Below, in pieces: positions 20,510 to 27,057 of a DNA stretch of 49,048 nucleotides. The stretch covers positions 1 through 49,048 of the forward strand of contig CAZFPM010000001.1 of assembly GCA_964520965.1 (NCBI GenBank), in the 5' to 3' direction. Both the position numbers and the translations under genes were made by a program. Origin of the DNA: an uncultured Myxococcales bacterium. Its GTDB lineage: Bacteria > Myxococcota_A > Bradymonadia > REDH01. Under the pieces are notes generated by a model. It saw nothing but the letters and a program-made list of their open reading frames with translations. It had not been told where the DNA came from and ran no database searches. The stretch's first letter is position 1; the number at the start of each line of letters is the position of its first letter.

Positions 20510-20525
20510 TGGCATACTACTGGCA
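20510..20525 (+). promoter_or_regulatory. Sigma-54 (-24/-12) promoter of pilA
   Basis: TGGCATACTACTGGCA compared with consensus TGGCAC-N5-TTGCA: the GG and GC dinucleotides are exactly 12 nt apart. It lies 87 nt upstream of the pilA ATG, and a GGAGA RBS lies before the ATG. Confidence 0.6.
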
Positions 20526-20611
20526 ACTAGACCCCAGCGAGTTCGGATGGTTCAGGTGGTCTGAGCCGTTCATCGACAGTCCCCTCCTCAACGTCAAACG
20601 GAGACAAACTC

Positions 20612-21127
20612 ATGTTCAAGAACAAGAAGGGCTTTACGCTCATCGAGCTCATGATCGTCGTCGCGATTCTCGGCATCCTCGCCGCCGTCGCCATCCCCGC
20701 CTTCCTGAAGTACATCAAGCGCTCGAAGACGACCGAGGCGACGATGAACGTCCGGAAGCTCTACGACGGTTCCGTCGCGTACTTCTCGTCCGAGCACGTC
20801 GATTCGACCGGCGTCATCATCCAGGCGCAGTTCCCGACGTCGCAGCCCACGAAGCCCACGTGCTGCGTTGGCGCCACGAAGGTTGAGGTCAACAACTGGG
20901 ACGACAACCCCACGTGGGAAGGTCTGCAGTTCTCGGTCGCCGACCCGCTGTACTTCTCGTACCAGTACAACTCCACCGGCACTGAGAACACCTCGGTGTT
21001 CACTGCGTCGGCCTTCGCTGACCTCGACGAGGACGGCGCGGACTCCACGTTCGTCCGCTTCGGCTCGGTCATGGAGATGGAGGTTCGCGGCTCCGCCGGT
21101 CTCTACATCGCGAACGAGCTCGAGTAA
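20612..21127 (+). CDS. pilA: Major type IVa pilin PilA
   Basis: MFKNKKG followed by [24 protein letters not shown], a class III signal and methylation motif. 171 aa. Has its own sigma-54 promoter and terminator. Confidence 0.9.
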   Translation: MFKNKKGFTLIELMIVVAILGILAAVAIPAFLKYIKRSKTTEATMNVRKLYDGSVAYFSSEHVDSTGVIIQAQFPTSQPTKPTCCVGATKVEVNNWDDNPTWEGLQFSVADPLYFSYQYNSTGTENTSVFTASAFADLDEDGADSTFVRFGSVMEMEVRGSAGLYIANELE

Positions 21128-21147
21128 TCCGGTCTGACCGGTACTCA

Positions 21148-21184
21148 CCGAAGGTCGGCCTCGTGCCGGCCTTCGGCCGTTTTT
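21148..21184 (+). terminator. Rho-independent terminator of pilA
   Basis: CCGAAGGTCGGC / GCCGGCCTTCGG forms a 12-bp stem (one G-U pair) with loop CTCGT, followed by TTTTT. Confidence 0.7.
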
Positions 21185-21203
21185 GGCCTGAAAACCCCTG
21201 CGA

Positions 21204-21240
21204 TTCCGCCGCGGTGACGTGCTGCGTCACCGCGGCGGAA
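21204..21240 (-). terminator. Perfect 16-bp hairpin directly after the cca-like gene (probable terminator)
   Basis: TTCCGCCGCGGTGACG - TGCTG - CGTCACCGCGGCGGAA. It begins 6 nt after the minus-strand stop at 21247. Only a weak T-run (GGGGTTTTC) follows on the minus strand. Confidence 0.5.
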
Positions 21241-21246
21241 ACCCGG

Positions 21247-22599
21247 TCACTCCTCGGCGCCCGGGTCCGACAGGTGACGGCCCAGCCAGTCCAGATACAC
21301 GCCCCGGTCGGCGCCGTTCGGGAGCTCCTCGTCGAGGATCGCGTCTCGCACCCGCTCGATCGCCTCCCCGACCTGCTCCCCCGCGAGGTCGAAGCGTCGG
21401 CGAAGGTGGCTGCCGAACCGATGAGGCAGTCGCGGGGCCGGGTCCTCCGTCGCCAGCAGGTCGTCGAGCGCCGCACCCAGGGCGTCGCACCGCGCCACGT
21501 GCGTCGGCGCGAGATCGCCGAGCGCGGCAGCCAGCCGCAGCTGCTGGTGACAGGCGTCGCCGAACGCGATGTACCAGCGGCGCAGCTCGGGCCGGGTCCA
21601 ACGCCGAGAGAGCGACGGAACATCGAGCGATAGAGAGACCAGCGCTACGAGAGCGGCGGTCTCCTGGCGGCTGAACCGAAAGCGCGCCGCCACCGCGGTC
21701 GCGGTCTCCTGTCGGGCCCCGAGCGGGGGCCAGTCGGCCGTCGTGACGCCGTCTCCCATCGCATCGACTCCGTGGCCGGCGAACAACGACGAGAGCAAGA
21801 GCACCGCCCAGCGTACGCCGACGTTTGCCGGAGTCCCGGCGATGCGCGCACAGACTCCCCGCTGCGGGTCCAGGCGCCCGAGGGCCGCGGTCTCGGGCAG
21901 AATCACGGCCAGAGCACCGACCTCGGTCAGCCACGCGAGGCCGTCGCCCACATCGGGGGCGACCAGGAGCTTGTCCATCTCCATCTTCCAGCGCTCCCTG
22001 GAGATGGACTGAAGCTCGACCGCAGTCTCACGGGCCGCTGCCGTGGCGTCGGCCGTCGGCCGGTACCCGAAACGAGCAGCGAAGCGAGCGATGCGCAACA
22101 GGCGCAGCGGATCGTCCCGCAGGATCGAGATCGTCGTCTCGTAGCCGCCGCCAGGCACCTCGAGTACCCCGGCCCCGATGGCGCGCCGGCCGTCGAAGGG
22201 GTCGACGATCTGACCGTCGGCTTCCATGGCCATCGCGTTGATCGACAGGTCGCGGCGACTCAGGTCCGCCACCAGGTCGTCGCCGAACTCGACGTCCGGG
22301 TGGCGACTGCCCGCGGCGTACTGCTCGGCGACCCGGTAGGTGGTGATCTCGGCGTTGACCCCGTCGACGATCGTCGCCACCGTGCCGAACCGCTCGCCGA
22401 AGGCAAAGACCTTGAAGCCGGCCTCCCGGAGCACGGCCTTGATCTCGCCGGGACGCGCGTTCGTCGCGAAGTCGACGTCGCCGGCGTCGTCGTTGTCCAT
22501 GACCACGTCGCGTACGCAGCCGCCGACCAGGAAGAGCTCGAAACCGCCGGCCGCGAAGGCCGAGAACAGCGGTCGATAGCGTTCGAAGCGGGGATGCAT
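21247..22599 (-). CDS. tRNA nucleotidyltransferase (CCA-adding) / poly(A) polymerase family protein
   Basis: ATG at 22599 (MHPRFERYRPLF...) inside track ORF 21247..22860. LVGGCVRDVVM and DVDFAT (GGxVRD and DxD) are head-domain motifs. Confidence 0.85.
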   Translation of the reverse strand: MHPRFERYRPLFSAFAAGGFELFLVGGCVRDVVMDNDDAGDVDFATNARPGEIKAVLREAGFKVFAFGERFGTVATIVDGVNAEITTYRVAEQYAAGSRHPDVEFGDDLVADLSRRDLSINAMAMEADGQIVDPFDGRRAIGAGVLEVPGGGYETTISILRDDPLRLLRIARFAARFGYRPTADATAAARETAVELQSISRERWKMEMDKLLVAPDVGDGLAWLTEVGALAVILPETAALGRLDPQRGVCARIAGTPANVGVRWAVLLLSSLFAGHGVDAMGDGVTTADWPPLGARQETATAVAARFRFSRQETAALVALVSLSLDVPSLSRRWTRPELRRWYIAFGDACHQQLRLAAALGDLAPTHVARCDALGAALDDLLATEDPAPRLPHRFGSHLRRRFDLAGEQVGEAIERVRDAILDEELPNGADRGVYLDWLGRHLSDPGAEE

Positions 22600-22661
22600 G
22601 CGTTCAGCTCGAGACGTCGTCTTCCGCGGTCCACCCCCGGTGTCGCCACACCGTGCGATGG

Positions 22662-23441
22662 TCAGAGGGCGAACTTGAGACGTGGGTCGCGACCGAGCAG
22701 CGCAGCGAGATGCTGGCTGCCGTTGAGACCGGTCTGGATCTGCGAGAAGAGGTTCCACGCGTCCGTCCAGAATGCCAGCTTGTCGTACTCGAGAACCTGG
22801 AACACCGTCCGGTTGTCCGCCATCACGACGCTCAGCGTGCTCGCGAACAGACCGCCCCACGCCTGCTGCAGGGCGAGGCGCTCCAGGTTCGACCGACCGT
22901 GCATCTCGTCCCGCAGATGATCGATGTGGAACCCCAGGTGGTAGGCCTGATCTTCCAACACGATCTCCAGAACCTCCTTGACCAGAGGGTCACCAGCGTT
23001 GTTCGCCAACACCCGGAAGAAGGGCATCGACGCCATCTCCGCCGTCAAGATGACCATCACCTCCCGTGCCCAGTCGAAACGTCGGCGGAGGTGGCGGAAC
23101 ATGAAATCCACCCACAGACGCTTGCGGGGACCCGATTCCGCCGTCCAGAGCACGCGCATCAAAAGGTCCGAGTGCACCGACTTCTCGCGCACGTAGAGGT
23201 CGACGCATTCCGCGTACTCCGGCTCGCACTGCTGCCGGACCTTCGTTCGCAGATTCACGGCCGATGACGTCAGTCCGCGCTGAAACGTCTGCAGCGATCG
23301 GATCACGGGGTCACGAAGCTCGGCGTCGAGCTGGACCCCTACGTCCCAACGCACTTCGCGTGGCCGGTCGACGGACGCGCGGAAATGCTGGAGCCATTGC
23401 ATCGTGCGCATGGCCTGCCCTCGGGCGGAGAAACGAGTCAT
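22662..23441 (-). CDS. All-helical ferritin-like / di-iron-type protein (tentative)
   Basis: 259 aa, ATG at 23441. Spaced E/H pairs (VREKSVH, TAEMAS, LEDQAYHLGFHIDH) suggest a di-metal four-helix bundle. The family was not identified. Confidence 0.45.
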   Translation of the reverse strand: MTRFSARGQAMRTMQWLQHFRASVDRPREVRWDVGVQLDAELRDPVIRSLQTFQRGLTSSAVNLRTKVRQQCEPEYAECVDLYVREKSVHSDLLMRVLWTAESGPRKRLWVDFMFRHLRRRFDWAREVMVILTAEMASMPFFRVLANNAGDPLVKEVLEIVLEDQAYHLGFHIDHLRDEMHGRSNLERLALQQAWGGLFASTLSVVMADNRTVFQVLEYDKLAFWTDAWNLFSQIQTGLNGSQHLAALLGRDPRLKFAL

Positions 23442-23526
23442 CGAGCGTTAGCGGGTCGGGCGGCGTCTGTCCACCGCACACCGTCACGCGCCCGGCCACC
23501 CATCCTTCGTTTGAATGCCTTGTTGT

Positions 23527-23549
23527 TGCAATTGAAAATCATATTCAAT
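23527..23549. promoter_or_regulatory. Fur-box-like palindrome in divergent promoter region
   Basis: CAATTGAA-AATCATA-TTCAATTG. The inner 15-mer TGAAAATCATATTCA matches the Fur 7-1-7 consensus TGATAATCATTATCA at 12/15 positions. It is the most AT-rich spot of the window and overlaps a possible TTGAAA-N17-CATAAG promoter. Confidence 0.4.
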
Positions 23550-23635
23550 TGAAGCATAAGGGGCCAGCACGGAGGAGCCGGAAGCCGAGATGGTCACAGG
23601 CTGCCGGGATCCCCTCCCGCACCAGGGTGACGTAC

Positions 23636-24499
23636 ATGCGCAAACGCAGCCCTTCGTCCACCTCGCGGTCCGGCCCGCAAACTGCCACCCTCGAGGAGCC
23701 CTCCTCGCCCGGCCGCCCAACGAGCGCCCGCGCGTGGTTCATCGCCGCCGCCCTCGCCGTGCTCGTGACGGCGCTGCACGCTGGCTCCGCTGCTGCGGCC
23801 GACACCACCGAGACGTGGGACGTCGGGGTCTCCGACTTCGAGTTCTTCCTCGGGGTCGACGGTGTTGGTCCCGAGGGCGGTGACCGCATGATCTCGTCGG
23901 ATCTCCTCATCGGCGTCGGTGTGGTCGACGGCCTGTCCGCGTATATCGGCAGCACGCTCGCTGGCGAGGACCTCGTCGGTCCGGGCGAGGTTGCGCTGCG
24001 CCTCGGGGTCTTCGGGACCCCGGTCGACACCGACCACTTCGACCTCGATCTCTTCCTCGACACGAGCGCCGCCGGCGAAGGGTTGGCGGACTTCCAGGTC
24101 TCGCCGGCGCTGGAGGTGAACTTCGACGCGAGCCCGAACCAGGAGAGCTGGGGCACTTATCTGAGGCTCGGCGTGCCGGTATACGGTCGCCCCACCGGGA
24201 GTGACACAGGCGACGACGCCGAGCACGAAGCGGCGGTCTCCCTGGTCGCCAACCCCGGTGTATACGTGACGCTCGCACCGGGACATCAGCTGTTGGCGGA
24301 GTTCGACGCGTCGTTCCATGACGCGTCGGCCGACGAGCACGCGTTCGACCTCGGTGGCGTGGCCCTCGGCTACAACGTGTTCCTCCGCGACAAGCTCGAG
24401 CTGGTTAGCCAGCTCTACGTGGATCTGCCCCAGGCGGACGAGGTTGCCGTGGTCGGCGTGACGACCGGCTTCATCGCGACGTTGCCGACCGGCCGCTGA
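23636..24499 (+). CDS. Secreted beta-rich protein (possible outer-membrane protein), unknown family
   Basis: ATG at 23636 inside track ORF 23264..24499. Signal peptide AWFIAAALAVLVTALHAGSAAAAD. Alternating hydrophobic pattern, acidic. Confidence 0.55.
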   Translation: MRKRSPSSTSRSGPQTATLEEPSSPGRPTSARAWFIAAALAVLVTALHAGSAAAADTTETWDVGVSDFEFFLGVDGVGPEGGDRMISSDLLIGVGVVDGLSAYIGSTLAGEDLVGPGEVALRLGVFGTPVDTDHFDLDLFLDTSAAGEGLADFQVSPALEVNFDASPNQESWGTYLRLGVPVYGRPTGSDTGDDAEHEAAVSLVANPGVYVTLAPGHQLLAEFDASFHDASADEHAFDLGGVALGYNVFLRDKLELVSQLYVDLPQADEVAVVGVTTGFIATLPTGR

Positions 24500-24523
24500 G
24501 CGGTCGCGCCCGCGCCCGCTCGT

Positions 24524-26965
24524 TCAGCGACTCGCTCGGGGTCGCCAGGCAGCCCGGAGCAGGGCGAGCGCCGCGGTCTTCCCACCGTCGGTGATCAGCT
24601 CGGTCGGGCCGACGCAGCTCGGGCATCCGGCCGGGCAGCTGCACGACTCGATCAGGTGCAATGTGCCGGCGAGGAGCTCGGCGTGGAGCTCGTAGAGTTT
24701 CTCGCTGAAGCCGACGCCGCCGGGGCAGTTGTCGTAGAGGTAGACGGTCGGGTCGTCGAGGATCGGACCGGCGATCGGCGCCGGGGGGACCGCTTCGTCC
24801 GACCGGGCCTCCTCGACAGCCAGCGCCGCCCGTTGCTCGACGGTGGACCCGTTCGCGCCGCGGGGCAGCGGGTCGACCGCGTCCGGCGTGCGGCTTCCCA
24901 CCGTCATGTGGAGGTCGCCCGAGGCGCACATCAGGTGGACCTGGGCGACCGTCTTCATCGCCCGCCCGATCCCGTGGATGCCTCCGCTCAAGGTCGTCGT
25001 GTCGAAGGGGAGGTCGACGAGGAGCGGGGAGGGGAACGTCGCCCAGTAGGCCGTCGTGTGCTTGTCGAGGTCGGGGAGCTTGATGTCGCCGTAGCCGACG
25101 TTCTCGAAGGTCTTGAAGCGGATCTTCTTGTAGCCGTCGAATCGGGTCGTGACCCGGACCTCGCCCCACCCTCGGGGCGCGGCGAGATTCCCTCCGCCAG
25201 GAACGCGCGTGGTCTCTTCGCCCAGCTTCTCCAGCACGAAGACCCGGGCGTGGTAGATCGCCATCGTGAAGTACTCCGGCTTCACCGATCGGACGTAGGC
25301 CTTGCGCTCGGCGTAGTCGAGTCGGTGGACCTCGTACGGGCGCGCGGCGTGCTGATAGATCGCGTTCAGGTACACGGTCTTGTGAGCGGCTTCGAAGTCG
25401 ATCTCCCCCAGGACCTTCGGTCGCTTCGCGCTCGTGTCGATGATGACGAAGTTCTCGTCATGGATGTTCCGGATGTTCACCGACGATGCGGGGTAGTCGT
25501 CCGTCGCCCAACGCCAGTGCTCCCCCTCCAGGTGGAGGAGCTCGGCGACCTCGGCGAGGTACGCGAGCACGTCCTGCACGTCGTCGAGTGGGAGCGATCC
25601 GAACCCTTCGTCGATCCGGAAGGGCAGCTCGAAGACCGCGCACTTCAGGTGCTCGGATAGAACGCGCAGGTTGTCCGGGTCGATCCGTGCGTGCTCTGGA
25701 GACGCCCTGAAGAAGTAATCCGGGTTATTGACCAGGTACTGGTCGACCGGATCGTCTCCGGCGACGAGCATCGCCAGCGACGTATCCTGGCGTCGCCCCG
25801 ACCGTCCCGCCTGCTGCCAGGTCGACGCGATCGTGCCCGGGTATCCCGACATGATGCATACGTCGAGGCTGCCGATGTCGATTCCGAGCTCCAGGGCGTT
25901 CGTCGAGATCACGGCCTTGACGTCACCGGAGCGCAGGCCTCGTTCGATGCGGCGACGCTCCTCGGGCAGGTAACCGCCCCGGTACCCTTCGGTGCGCTCG
26001 GCCAGCCGCTTGTCGCCCCGACGCTGGAAGCCCTCCTTCAGCTTGCGCGTCAGGATCTCGACCCACTTGCGCGAGCGCGTGAATACGATCGTGTTGTGCC
26101 CGTTGCGCAGGAGCCGGTCCGCCAGCTTGCGCGAGGCCGCTCCCGGCGACTGACGGCGCTGGAGCTCGGCGTCGATGATCGGTGGGTTGTAGAGCACGAA
26201 GAGCTTCTCTCCGGTCGGGGCACCGGATCGATTCACCACCGCGGTGCGGCGACCGGTCAGCGCGTGCGCCAGCTCCGCCGGATTCGCGATCGTCGCCGAC
26301 GTGAACACGAAACGCGGCTGCGCCCCGTAGTGCGCGCACACCCGCGACAGCCGGCGGAAGACGTTCGCGACGTGGGAGCCGAACACACCCCGATACGTGT
26401 GCATTTCGTCCACCACGACGTAGCGGAGCGAAGCGAACACCCGTCGCCACAGGTCGTGGTGCGGGAGGATCGACGAATGCAACATGTCCGGGTTCGTCAA
26501 CACCGCGCGGACCGACTGTCGGATGCGGCGCCGGATGTCCGATGGCGTGTCGCCGTCGTAGACGTGCGCCTGCTCCGCGACCCCCGCGTCGCCGAGCAAC
26601 TCGTTCAGCTCGGCGCACTGGTCCTGGCTCAGCGCCTTCGTCGGATAGAGGTAGAGCGCGCACCCGTCCGTCGACTCGTCGAGCATGGAGACGATCGGCG
26701 CGTTGTAACACAGCGTCTTGCCCGAAGCCGTCGGGGTGACGACCACCAGATCGTCACCCGCGGCCAGGTGCTCCCATGCGTCCGCCTGGTGCCGGTAGGG
26801 TCGCTCGACGCCACGCCTCTGGAGCGCGTCGCGCAGCCAGTCCGGGGTGGTCGCCGGCCAGTCCGCGAGATCCGGCGGTCGGGCCTCGATCCGGTGGATC
26901 GCGGTCACGTTCGTGCGCGACCGCTTCGGGCGCGCGATGCGGTCGACGAAGGCGTCGATGCTCAT
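24524..26965 (-). CDS. DEAD/DEAH-box helicase with C-terminal DUF1998 zinc domain (MrfA/YprA-like)
   Basis: TPTASGKT (motif I), VVVDEMH (II) and TSAT (III). C-terminal CSCPAGCPSC Cys cluster. ATG at 26965 is preceded by GGAG; the track start 26980 is a GTG. Confidence 0.88.
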   Translation of the reverse strand: MSIDAFVDRIARPKRSRTNVTAIHRIEARPPDLADWPATTPDWLRDALQRRGVERPYRHQADAWEHLAAGDDLVVVTPTASGKTLCYNAPIVSMLDESTDGCALYLYPTKALSQDQCAELNELLGDAGVAEQAHVYDGDTPSDIRRRIRQSVRAVLTNPDMLHSSILPHHDLWRRVFASLRYVVVDEMHTYRGVFGSHVANVFRRLSRVCAHYGAQPRFVFTSATIANPAELAHALTGRRTAVVNRSGAPTGEKLFVLYNPPIIDAELQRRQSPGAASRKLADRLLRNGHNTIVFTRSRKWVEILTRKLKEGFQRRGDKRLAERTEGYRGGYLPEERRRIERGLRSGDVKAVISTNALELGIDIGSLDVCIMSGYPGTIASTWQQAGRSGRRQDTSLAMLVAGDDPVDQYLVNNPDYFFRASPEHARIDPDNLRVLSEHLKCAVFELPFRIDEGFGSLPLDDVQDVLAYLAEVAELLHLEGEHWRWATDDYPASSVNIRNIHDENFVIIDTSAKRPKVLGEIDFEAAHKTVYLNAIYQHAARPYEVHRLDYAERKAYVRSVKPEYFTMAIYHARVFVLEKLGEETTRVPGGGNLAAPRGWGEVRVTTRFDGYKKIRFKTFENVGYGDIKLPDLDKHTTAYWATFPSPLLVDLPFDTTTLSGGIHGIGRAMKTVAQVHLMCASGDLHMTVGSRTPDAVDPLPRGANGSTVEQRAALAVEEARSDEAVPPAPIAGPILDDPTVYLYDNCPGGVGFSEKLYELHAELLAGTLHLIESCSCPAGCPSCVGPTELITDGGKTAALALLRAAWRPRASR

Positions 26966-27057
26966 GGGCAACTCCTGCACAGCCTCGCCCCGAACGGGCG
27001 ACTCCCCTATGCTCTCGCATGCCGCGCGCGGCTGCGCAAGTGTTCAGTGGTCCGGGC

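Noticed and set aside
20180-20530. 116-aa ORF in the pilin-pilA intergenic region.
   Set aside because: It has no coding-like codon bias or RBS and spans the predicted enhancer and sigma-54 promoter. It was treated as regulatory DNA.
22662-23441. Assigning the ferritin-like protein as the tRNA hydroxylase MiaE because it sits next to a tRNA nucleotidyltransferase gene.
   Set aside because: The MiaE signature blocks I remember (DHAHCEKKA, EELVHF, IEARSCERF, SEARH) are not present. It is kept as a generic ferritin-like protein.
24524-26965. DUF1998 helicase as part of a DISARM-like defence system.
   Set aside because: The fused helicase-DUF1998 architecture equals MrfA/YprA. No DrmC/PLD, methyltransferase or other defence partner is on either side.
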